The translations under genes were made by a program, and so were the position numbers. Shown here piece after piece: positions 8,613 through 16,578 of a stretch of 37,443 bases of DNA (within the stretch, counting starts at the first letter, position 1; each line of letters begins with the position of its first letter). Source of the DNA: an uncultured Rhodothermales bacterium. Its GTDB lineage: Bacteria; Bacteroidota; Rhodothermia; Rhodothermales; UBA10348. The notes beneath the pieces were generated by a model, which was not told the origin of the DNA, ran no database searches, and saw only the letters and a program-made list of their open reading frames with translations. Location: assembly GCA_964512485.1 (NCBI GenBank), contig CAZEHJ010000031.1:1-37443 (forward strand). Reading direction: 5' to 3'.

Positions 8613-10034
8613 TTAGTGGCGGATAACTGCTGCTCCCATTCCGGAAGCATATTCCTCTGTTTCGATAACCTTGATGATCTCCTGAGACTCAATATCAATG
8701 ACGAGCACCGTCCCGATATTTGCGTTGTCTCCCAGGTCATACCTCGGATGGTAGACGTGATTTTCCTTGCTGTGTCCTTCAGGCATCGCAAGGTTTCTGT
8801 TTGCAATGTAGACAAATCGGCCATCCGGAGATGCTGCGCTACCATGAGGTTGAGCCAGACCGTTGACCCCCTCGATCACTTTGGCAACTTCACGCTTCTC
8901 CATGTCCAGAATGGTGATCTGATTTGTCCAGTTGTTTCCGAAATACACCCACTTTCCGTCGGCTGTATAAATCGGGTGCCATGGCGCACGACCCACACCG
9001 ATGGTGTCCGTCAATACGACACCTTCAGTCGAGGCCAGGTCGAAAATAAAAGCATTGGAGGTCACTTCAGACGTGCCCACCATGGTCGAACCATCCGGCG
9101 AAATGGTGAATTGGATGAACACGTGCGGCCGATCTCCTTCGATGTCATCAAAAACCAGATCTCCACCCTCGTCGCGATAGGTGGCCACTCGATTCTGAGC
9201 CAGGCTGGAGATGTACACCTCGGATCCATCGTGATTGGTAAGAAGCGCGTGAGGGCGCTGCATCAGCACACCGATTTCCTCCGCTTCCATCGTCTCGCGA
9301 TCAACTTGAACGACGCTTTCTGGCGGAGAAACTGACATCATCGAACGGCCTGCATACAGCCATGGACCGGCTGGGTCCAACGCCAGAAGACCCGGACGAA
9401 CGGCATCGACCTGACCGACCAGATTATTGTCACGATCAAATTTCAGAATCTTGTCGTCCATGATGAGCGACAGATACCAGAACGAACCATCCTGTTCGAC
9501 GGCGATGTGATGCGGCATTGAGAACTCATTGAAACCCAATTCAACGAGATCCACCATACGCACGACCTGATTGGTGTTCATGTCGATGACGGCAACCATA
9601 CCGGCTCCCTGATTGGCGACATACAAGCGAGGGTCATCTGGATCGCTGAACGGAATTTCACCGTCCGATGCTGGAGCACCCTCATCAATCCACGCGGAGA
9701 TGGTTGCGATCTCCTCTTCGGTGAGTGCATCCGATCCCAACTCTTCTGGATGGGATCCCTCCCGATACTTCGTCGCGAGTTCGACGAGAAGGCTGTTATC
9801 GGCATCGTATGCGATAACAGCTTCACCGAAGTCTGAGCCCTGAAAGAGATTCTCCCATGAGTCCAGTCTCAGACCTGAGGCGGCTTCCGGGCCTGCATGG
9901 CACGAGACGCATTTGTTCTGAAAAATAGAATCAACCTCGCTCCAATCTGCCTGTACAGGCTGACGATCAAGCGACCATCCGGCCATCAACAGGATGACCG
10001 ACGCTAGTACAATGGTCTGTCGCAATGAAATCAT
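8613..10034 (-). CDS. PSCyt1-type cytochrome c domain fused to YVTN/cytochrome-d1-like beta-propeller
   Basis: Start is chosen at ATG 10032-10034, giving signal peptide MISLRQTIVLASVILLMAGWSL...VQA. The ORF-track GTG at 10094 would add 20 unlikely residues. The N-terminus IFQNKCVSCHAGPEAASGLRLDSWENL...LTEEEIATISAWIDEGA fits the planctomycete-type cytochrome c (PSCyt1) pattern. The remainder has repeated LYVANQGAGMVAVIDMNTNQVV-type YVTN propeller blades. Confidence 0.7.
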   Translation of the reverse strand: MISLRQTIVLASVILLMAGWSLDRQPVQADWSEVDSIFQNKCVSCHAGPEAASGLRLDSWENLFQGSDFGEAVIAYDADNSLLVELATKYREGSHPEELGSDALTEEEIATISAWIDEGAPASDGEIPFSDPDDPRLYVANQGAGMVAVIDMNTNQVVRMVDLVELGFNEFSMPHHIAVEQDGSFWYLSLIMDDKILKFDRDNNLVGQVDAVRPGLLALDPAGPWLYAGRSMMSVSPPESVVQVDRETMEAEEIGVLMQRPHALLTNHDGSEVYISSLAQNRVATYRDEGGDLVFDDIEGDRPHVFIQFTISPDGSTMVGTSEVTSNAFIFDLASTEGVVLTDTIGVGRAPWHPIYTADGKWVYFGNNWTNQITILDMEKREVAKVIEGVNGLAQPHGSAASPDGRFVYIANRNLAMPEGHSKENHVYHPRYDLGDNANIGTVLVIDIESQEIIKVIETEEYASGMGAAVIRH

Positions 10035-10259
10035 GAAATTAAATGAAAATGGTCCTGTCCAGACGAATATCTGACGACGATAGACGGGTAGCACTAGTTA
10101 CAGTTTCAATTCGACAGAAAATGTGGGATAAACCCTACCCTATCGCCCCGTTGCGTGTCACTTTGATTGACTACGAGACAAACTCCGTGCCTGGGGCGAA
10201 TCCGCCTCTGAAACGTGATTTAGGTTCCCGGCAGTGTTTCAAATTGAGTACAGCGGTGT

Positions 10260-11672
10260 TCAATTCAATCCAACTGAACTCGAATTGGCACCGAAGACTG
10301 TGTCGATCTCGATTCCGCAGTCATTCAGAAAGCCCGTTGGCAAAGTCCCACCGGCAAATATGAACACAAAATCATTCGAAATCGACAGTTCAGTGCCGTC
10401 TTCACCTTCCAAAGTGACATCCCCGTCAGAAATATCAGTCACGTTGGTCTGGAGCATCAGCTGAACTCTTCCATTTTGAACGGCTTCGTCTAAACGGGCT
10501 GAATTGTCCGGCTTGATCCGTGAAAATGAATCCCTACGGTAGGAGAGATGAACCCCAGTGTTCGCTTCACCACACAGGCTTAACGCGGCCTCGACCGCTG
10601 AGTCGCCGCCTCCGACAACCAGAATTCGGTCCCCGGAGAAGTGCGATGGGTCTTTGAGCGAATAAAAAACGTTGGGTCGGTTTTCGCCGGATACTCCAAT
10701 TTTTCGCGGGATCCCCCTGCGACCGATCGCCAGAACCACATTTTGTGCCCGATATGAATTGGTCGAAGAGGTAATCTCGAAATACTCCGCACCCACTTTT
10801 TGGACTGAGTGAATCATCTCGTGAACCTGAACCTGAAGGCCACATTCTTCAACAACACCCGTCCACAATTGCAATAATTCTTCCTTCAGATATTCCCTTG
10901 ACGTCATGGAGGTTGCGTCGGTAAGTCTCATGGGCTCAGTCATCACCAGCTTTTTTCGAGGGTAATTGAGGACCGTGCCTCCGATATCATCTTTTTCAAT
11001 TACCAGATAGTTCAGGCCCTTTCGATGTGCTTCGAGAGCAGCCGCGAGACCAGCGGGTCCACATCCAACGATCAGGAGGTCGAGAATCTCTGAATTCAGC
11101 TCGGGTGTTATCTGTTCAACACACTGTCGACCTTGTTCGAATGCGTTGCGGATCAATCCCATCCCGCCAAGTTCGCCGACAACGAAAAGTCCGGGCACAT
11201 TCGTTTCGAAGTTTTCCTTGATGCGGGGAAGGTCTACTCCTCGTTTGGAAGTTCCGAACACGAGCTGAATAGCATCGACCGGACATGAACGCTCGCACAA
11301 TCCGTGGCCAATACACCGAGCTGGAGAAACCGGTATGGCCTGCCCCGAAATCAGTCCGAGAACATTTTTTTCAGGACAGACGCTCACACAATTCCCGGTG
11401 CCAATGCACTGATCCGGGTTGACGACGGGATGGAGGGATGCTGGCCGATACAGCCCGAGTTCCAGAGATTCTGCCTGAGCATCGATTACTGCGCGTTCCT
11501 GCCGGACCATGCGCACGACGTACGGCAGGACGAAAATCGCCGCCAGCACAAAGAATATCAGCCATATCAAAAGTGTCGAACTCAGAAGCTGATGCCATAG
11601 TTGATGAAAAAAGTAGAGGATGTTACGCTCGAACTCAGGTGGGCGCGTTGCCTGATGGACAGGTATCCCCAC
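10260..11672 (-). CDS. membrane-anchored 2x[4Fe-4S] ferredoxin domain fused to TrxR-like FAD/NAD(P)-binding oxidoreductase (ferredoxin-NAD(P)+ reductase-like)
   Basis: Two CxxCxxCxxxCP motifs are present (CIGTGNCVSVCP, CIGHGLCERSCP). Dinucleotide folds LIVGCGPAGLAAALEA (FAD) and ILVVGGGDSAVEAA (NAD(P)H) are present, with no CxxC redox disulfide. There is an N-terminal TM helix LLSSTLLIWLIFFVLAAIFVLPYVV. The start is uncertain: the ORF-track start is GTG at 11672 and overlaps the upstream OM-protein gene by 90 nt. A TTG (codon 35) just after that gene's stop, or the ATG at 11510, are alternatives. The TM helix lies between the OMP stop and ATG 11510, arguing for an upstream start. Confidence 0.65.
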   Translation of the reverse strand: MGIPVHQATRPPEFERNILYFFHQLWHQLLSSTLLIWLIFFVLAAIFVLPYVVRMVRQERAVIDAQAESLELGLYRPASLHPVVNPDQCIGTGNCVSVCPEKNVLGLISGQAIPVSPARCIGHGLCERSCPVDAIQLVFGTSKRGVDLPRIKENFETNVPGLFVVGELGGMGLIRNAFEQGRQCVEQITPELNSEILDLLIVGCGPAGLAAALEAHRKGLNYLVIEKDDIGGTVLNYPRKKLVMTEPMRLTDATSMTSREYLKEELLQLWTGVVEECGLQVQVHEMIHSVQKVGAEYFEITSSTNSYRAQNVVLAIGRRGIPRKIGVSGENRPNVFYSLKDPSHFSGDRILVVGGGDSAVEAALSLCGEANTGVHLSYRRDSFSRIKPDNSARLDEAVQNGRVQLMLQTNVTDISDGDVTLEGEDGTELSISNDFVFIFAGGTLPTGFLNDCGIEIDTVFGANSSSVGLN

Positions 11673-13177
11673 TTGTCCATGCGGAATCGTACCGATGCGC
11701 CGGCAATGTGTGACAGGGCCAACGGGCCAAGCTGATCAACTGCAAGAAGAGAGTATTCTAACCCGAGAGTAAGTCTTCGGAGTTCTTTTTGAAAAGAAGT
11801 GGAGCTGTATAAGGTGCGCCCTCCGGGACGCTCGAACACACTTGTTGAATTGGAAATCCGAAATGGCATCCAGCCTGGTTGCGTCCGGAACGATGCCGTT
11901 ACAGAGTTGCTCTTTTCTGAGCCCGAAAACGAATTGGATGACACGGTTAGCCCCACAAGATGGGTTCGTTTTTGCCAGGTTATCCCCGCAGAGGTCTGAT
12001 TTTTCCTGGCCGAGTAGCTTGCGTCGGTTCGCCAGTATGGGAAGTATTGTCTCGATCCATACCGGCCTGAAAGCCTCAAGGTCTCCGATATGGGCGAGCT
12101 CGCTCGAACGTAAAATCGACTGACATCCCATTTTCCGTCGATAGGTGACTCGTCGATCTGTAGGGAGGTGCTCAGGCGTGTCCTCCCGAGTCGGGATTTT
12201 TGTTCAATGGAAATAAAGGAATAGGGTCGAAGCATCCGGCTTCCATCGATTCGAGTAAAAGCAGTCATCAAGGAGGTTGATCCTCCAGTGTGTTTTTTGC
12301 TCACATCTGAAAAGACGGAAATCTTATTGATGTCAGTCTGGAAGGCTTCACTGTATCGATCCGGTTCAAATCCACCCGATACTCCGAAAAGGAAATCACC
12401 GGTTTTGAACGAAACATTGAGGCCATCCCAATATCCCCCTGCCGGGGTGTGACGCTCTCTGAAACGTCCGGCTTCCAGCGACAATCCCGAGGAGATCTGG
12501 CTCTGATATTTGAGCTCGTACATCCTGAAGGATCCTGAGCGAGAGACGAGGTCTTGCGAACTGAATCGCCTCGATCCCCTGGCACTGAACATGAAGCGGC
12601 CACTACCCGGAAGTCCTTCCACGCGCATTCTCAACGATGAAACTGGATTCATGTACTGGCGAGAAGACGAACGTGTGTCGGTGAATTGGCCTTTGACCTC
12701 AGAGACCGAAGCGGTCAGCGAAGCGCTGTAATACCCGTGGACCTGCACACCCGACGATCTTGGGTCGGTCCGAACACCAACCGGACGTCCGAGAATGCTC
12801 CGACGCTCTTCAGCCAGATCGAGGTCTTGTTCAGGTCCGTGCTCTTTTCGCGGGCCAACCAGGACGAGTTCATTTCCCACTTCCAGCGACAGAGGGTCCA
12901 AAAGCCAGACCAGAAGGAGAGACGTCGATGACTTACCCGCAACACGGGAAAGAGCCCGTGTATCCTCATTTTGAAGCACCATCAGCGTGTCGCCCCGTTC
13001 CCACTGCGCATCACTGACATCGACATAGATGCCTCGGGCCTGGACCCGGCTCACCACCACCCTGAGGGAATCGGTCTCGCTACGTGAATCTGTGGGCGAT
13101 TGGGCCGTCGCATCATTCGCAATGAGGAAGCAGACCATAATCGTCGCAAGGAGTCGGAGCTTAATCATCGTCGTCAT
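11582..13177 (-). CDS. putative outer-membrane beta-barrel protein (porin-like), signal peptide, C-terminal Phe
   Basis: 531 aa with signal peptide MTTMIKLRLLATIMVCFLIANDATAQ (ATG verified). Alternating hydrophobic/polar beta-strand pattern throughout, and a C-terminal ...TFFINYGISF ending in aromatic F, typical of OM barrels. I recognise no specific family. Confidence 0.6.
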   Translation of the reverse strand: MTTMIKLRLLATIMVCFLIANDATAQSPTDSRSETDSLRVVVSRVQARGIYVDVSDAQWERGDTLMVLQNEDTRALSRVAGKSSTSLLLVWLLDPLSLEVGNELVLVGPRKEHGPEQDLDLAEERRSILGRPVGVRTDPRSSGVQVHGYYSASLTASVSEVKGQFTDTRSSSRQYMNPVSSLRMRVEGLPGSGRFMFSARGSRRFSSQDLVSRSGSFRMYELKYQSQISSGLSLEAGRFRERHTPAGGYWDGLNVSFKTGDFLFGVSGGFEPDRYSEAFQTDINKISVFSDVSKKHTGGSTSLMTAFTRIDGSRMLRPYSFISIEQKSRLGRTRLSTSLQIDESPIDGKWDVSRFYVRASSPISETLRLSGRYGSRQYFPYWRTDASYSARKNQTSAGITWQKRTHLVGLTVSSNSFSGSEKSNSVTASFRTQPGWMPFRISNSTSVFERPGGRTLYSSTSFQKELRRLTLGLEYSLLAVDQLGPLALSHIAGASVRFRMDKWGYLSIRQRAHLSSSVTSSTFFINYGISF

Positions 13178-14261
13178 CCTCCTTCCCGTCCGGATGGCAA
13201 CTCAGGCACGCGAGACTCTCGTACACGTAATCCGGTTCGTCATCGTGCTCGTCATCCATCTTGTCCTTACGATGTTCATGACAATCGATACACGTGAAGC
13301 TGGTCATATCGGGGGCTGCTTGATGGCAGTCTGAGCAATTATCCCATTCTCCTTTGTGCTCACCGGAATAGATGGGGAAAAATGGAGCATCGTGATCAAA
13401 ATCCGAGGCACCGTCCCAATCATTCTGATTGTGACACTCAAGACAATTCAGCGGAAATCCGGAATTGCGATGTTCGTCTTCATAGTCGGCTTGATGACAG
13501 GCGTAGCAGTCGTTCTGGTCCAGAGCAGCAAACACAAGCTCAAACGAGGGTTGGATATGACAGCTTTCGCATCCCGCAAACTCGTGTGCCCCAATCAGTT
13601 CAAATCCGTCTGAAAGGAGTGAGTGTTCGGGGAATATGGCGTCCGGCCAGACGTGTTGTGTGTGACAGTCCTCACACTCCTGCGAGAATCCATTCTCTTC
13701 GTGGGGGATGACCGTCGTTTCGAGATAGGCTGATTCGTGGCACGTGATACAGGTGGGCTGGTCCCCGAAGTACCACCCTCCCAAATCGTCGTCATGACAA
13801 CTTTCGCAGGCGATGACTTCGTGCGATCCGATGAGGGGAAACGACGTGTCCAGATGTATCGCGAATCCGTCGATGTCACGGAAGGAACGTTCATTATGGC
13901 AGGTCTCACATGTGGGGACCAGCTTCGAATTATGAACATCTTCGTGACAATCCGCACATTCCCGAATGATGGCCGATTCTGGCTCGAATTCCAGGCCTGA
14001 ATGACATGAAGCACATGCCGCTGTCTCGTGTGCAGCCAAAAGGGCGAACGCTGCGTCATTTTCATGATCGAAAGCGGCCTGCGGATCCATCGGTGTCCAG
14101 GCATTGGACGAATGGCAGTCGCTACACGCGATTGTCGTGTCCCAATCACCGTGAGGGCTGTCTATCGGGTTGTCTTGTGCAGAGGACTGGCTGGCCCCCA
14201 TCAACGCCGAAAAGATCAGACAGAATATTGTCACTCTTTTTCTCATGGAGTTATTCTTCAT
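13161..14261 (-). CDS. multihaem c-type cytochrome, 13 CxxCH motifs, signal peptide, poly-Asp C-terminus
   Basis: 366 aa. I counted 13 CxxCH motifs, many in the paired arrangement FDHx...PLxGxHx...CxxCH. The protein ends ...CLSCHPDGKEDDDDD. The ATG is verified, and its start overlaps the upstream gene stop by 11 nt. Confidence 0.85.
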   Translation of the reverse strand: MKNNSMRKRVTIFCLIFSALMGASQSSAQDNPIDSPHGDWDTTIACSDCHSSNAWTPMDPQAAFDHENDAAFALLAAHETAACASCHSGLEFEPESAIIRECADCHEDVHNSKLVPTCETCHNERSFRDIDGFAIHLDTSFPLIGSHEVIACESCHDDDLGGWYFGDQPTCITCHESAYLETTVIPHEENGFSQECEDCHTQHVWPDAIFPEHSLLSDGFELIGAHEFAGCESCHIQPSFELVFAALDQNDCYACHQADYEDEHRNSGFPLNCLECHNQNDWDGASDFDHDAPFFPIYSGEHKGEWDNCSDCHQAAPDMTSFTCIDCHEHRKDKMDDEHDDEPDYVYESLACLSCHPDGKEDDDDD

Positions 14262-15951
14262 TTTCGTTTCCTCCGCTGTGACAATCTTTGCATTCTGTTT
14301 TTACACCACGGTACTGCACAATCATTTCTCCGCGACTATCCCCTTGTTCCTTGTGGCAACTGGCGCAGGAGACATCCGTGTGAGCTCCTTCGAGAGGCCA
14401 GCCGCTCAGATCATGGTCAAAAGCGGTCAACCGGAATGACACATCGTCATGGCACGTGGCACAGCTCGTTGCTTCAAACTGGCTACCGTGTGGGTTTTCG
14501 TCTTCGTGACAGGAAGCGCAAGAAGAGTCCAGTTCCCGGTATTCCACGATGTCCAGATCCGTTTGTGTGTGGCAGGACGAACAGGCGATTATTGCATGTG
14601 AGCCTGCGAGAGGGAATTCTGTACTCGAATGATCAAATGACGAAGACGCTTCGATCCATGATTCGACGGCGTGACAACTATCACAGGTCTCTGGCGAGAA
14701 TTGTTGTTCGTGTGGATCATCTTCCAGGTGACAACCCTCGCATGTTTGATCCTCAACTTCGAACGAGATATGCGAGATAGCCTCCCCGGATGCCGGAATG
14801 TGGCACTGGGCGCATAGTACGGCCATGTGCGCCCCTTCTAGCGGGTATTCCGTCTCTTCCTGATGGCGAAAAACATCAAACTCAGACGGTGCCCAACCAA
14901 ATTCAGTGTGACAAGAAACACACCCTACGGGATCTGTACTTCCGTCATGATTGTCCACGTGGCAACTTTCACAGGCTTCTGCAACGGGGTGTGGATACTG
15001 ATTGCTCAGCGTACTCCGGATGAACTGAATCGAAATCTCGGGTAGCGTTTCCGAATCGTTGTGGCATGAAGCACAGGTAGCGGATTCATGAAGACCGATA
15101 AGTGGGAATTCCGTGACATCGTGGTCGAATGTTGTTTCGAAGTCAGAGGCCGCGATGGAATTCCATCCAGTGGTGGCGTGACAGGATGCGCACGTCGAGC
15201 CAAATGTGCCTGCATGAACATCTTCGTGGCAAGCCGAGCACTCGGCGAATTCCAGCGGTTTGTAAACAACGACATCGGGATTGCCCGTAGCAGGCTCATG
15301 ACACGTCTCGCATGAAAGGTCGAAATGTTCACCGGTCAACGGATATTCTGAGTCATCATGATCAAACAGAGGCACCTCTTCCCAGACCCCGCTGTCATGG
15401 CAGGTACTGCACGCTACCAGCTCAAATTGTGATTCATGAACGTTGTCCGGGCCATGACACGATTCGCAATCCTCAATCAATCCCAGAAAGGTGGGTTCAG
15501 AGACGACATGTTGAGATTGGAAGACCAGGAAATTTTGATCTGACAGATTCTCTCCGGAATGACAGGACAGGCAACTGGTCTCCTCGTGGCTCAACAGCAG
15601 CTCGTATCCTGTTGCTTCGTGGTCGAAGCTCAGCGTGTCGAATCGAATGGAATCGAAATCTCTTCCGAAGTGGTCCTTGTGACAGGTTGCACAGTTCGGC
15701 TCATCGAACGTTGCATGCAGGCCCAGGCCATCATTCATCCTGCTTTCCAACGAAAAATGACAGTTCAGGCATAGTGAATCGCTGATGCCACGGTTTCCCA
15801 ATTCGTGGCAAGTAGTGCAAGATTCGATGGTATCCCAGACTTCGTGATCCTGAATCAGTTCACCGGGTGAAATGAGTTGAGCATACGCGTTGGCCGGGGC
15901 CAGAGCTACGACAACCAAAATCAGGACAGTTATGTGGGCACGGTTCAGCAT
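14251..15951 (-). CDS. multihaem c-type cytochrome, 20 CxxCH motifs, signal peptide
   Basis: 566 aa with signal MLNRAHITVLILVVVALAPANAYAQ (ATG verified). I counted 20 CxxCH motifs, with repeated FDH...E[FY]PL.G.H...C.SCH modules. Confidence 0.85.
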   Translation of the reverse strand: MLNRAHITVLILVVVALAPANAYAQLISPGELIQDHEVWDTIESCTTCHELGNRGISDSLCLNCHFSLESRMNDGLGLHATFDEPNCATCHKDHFGRDFDSIRFDTLSFDHEATGYELLLSHEETSCLSCHSGENLSDQNFLVFQSQHVVSEPTFLGLIEDCESCHGPDNVHESQFELVACSTCHDSGVWEEVPLFDHDDSEYPLTGEHFDLSCETCHEPATGNPDVVVYKPLEFAECSACHEDVHAGTFGSTCASCHATTGWNSIAASDFETTFDHDVTEFPLIGLHESATCASCHNDSETLPEISIQFIRSTLSNQYPHPVAEACESCHVDNHDGSTDPVGCVSCHTEFGWAPSEFDVFRHQEETEYPLEGAHMAVLCAQCHIPASGEAISHISFEVEDQTCEGCHLEDDPHEQQFSPETCDSCHAVESWIEASSSFDHSSTEFPLAGSHAIIACSSCHTQTDLDIVEYRELDSSCASCHEDENPHGSQFEATSCATCHDDVSFRLTAFDHDLSGWPLEGAHTDVSCASCHKEQGDSRGEMIVQYRGVKTECKDCHSGGNENEE

Positions 15952-15957
15952 CAGATT

Positions 15958-16578
15958 CTATTGCCGTTCGTCGAGGCGTCTCAATGAACTGCTGACCATC
16001 GACTTGACAGCTTCATCGGTAACCGTTTCTTCAAGGCCCTTCCAGATGCTTTGAGCTTCGGCGAAATCGCCGGAATTAGCTGATATGGCACCCAGATTGT
16101 ATATGGCGAATTCATCTCCGGGATATACGTCGAGCATCTCGCGAACCGCTTCTTTGGCCAAATCCCATTTTTCGTCCACCGCTCTTGTCGCCGCCAGATC
16201 GAGCCAGACCTGCCTCGCTCTCGGGTGTTGCAACAGGTAATTGGAATAGTGCATATCCGCGTCTTCCAACCGATGACTGTCCTGAAGCACTCTGCCGAGT
16301 TCGCGCATCGCCAACGTGTCGGCGGGGTTTGTTCTTATCTGTTCTTCCAGGACAAAAATCCTCTGGAAGTACGCGTCAGATACGTTTTCACTCGACGGTG
16401 CGCTTCCGACGGATGAGGAATTTGGCGTGCCAGGAAGTATCCCCGCCGGTGTGTCCGGATGGACAAAACCATCCTGGAGGACCGAAGAATCGACGCCGGA
16501 AACGAAAATAAAATAGAATCCAACAATGAGTAGCGGGAGAGCTACTGCAATCATCAGACGATAACGAGATGGGCTCAT
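15958..16578 (-). CDS. membrane-anchored tetratricopeptide-repeat (TPR) protein
   Basis: 206 aa with N-terminal TM LMIAVALPLLIVGFYFIFV. TPR-like helices follow (AMRELGRVLQDSHRLEDADMHYSNYLLQHP, VWLDLAATRAVDEKWDLAKEAVREML, YNLGAISANSGDFAEAQSIW). Its ATG overlaps the TGA of the upstream membrane protein (ATGA at 16575-16578). Confidence 0.6.
   Translation of the reverse strand: MSPSRYRLMIAVALPLLIVGFYFIFVSGVDSSVLQDGFVHPDTPAGILPGTPNSSSVGSAPSSENVSDAYFQRIFVLEEQIRTNPADTLAMRELGRVLQDSHRLEDADMHYSNYLLQHPRARQVWLDLAATRAVDEKWDLAKEAVREMLDVYPGDEFAIYNLGAISANSGDFAEAQSIWKGLEETVTDEAVKSMVSSSLRRLDERQ

Noticed and set aside
8096-9335. Plus-strand ORFs of 167 and 297 aa.
   Set aside because: They are antisense to the cupredoxin-like and propeller genes and have no motifs.
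14028-14780. Plus-strand 250-aa ORF inside the 20-haem cytochrome gene.
   Set aside because: It is an antisense, His/Arg/Cys-rich mirror of the CxxCH codons.
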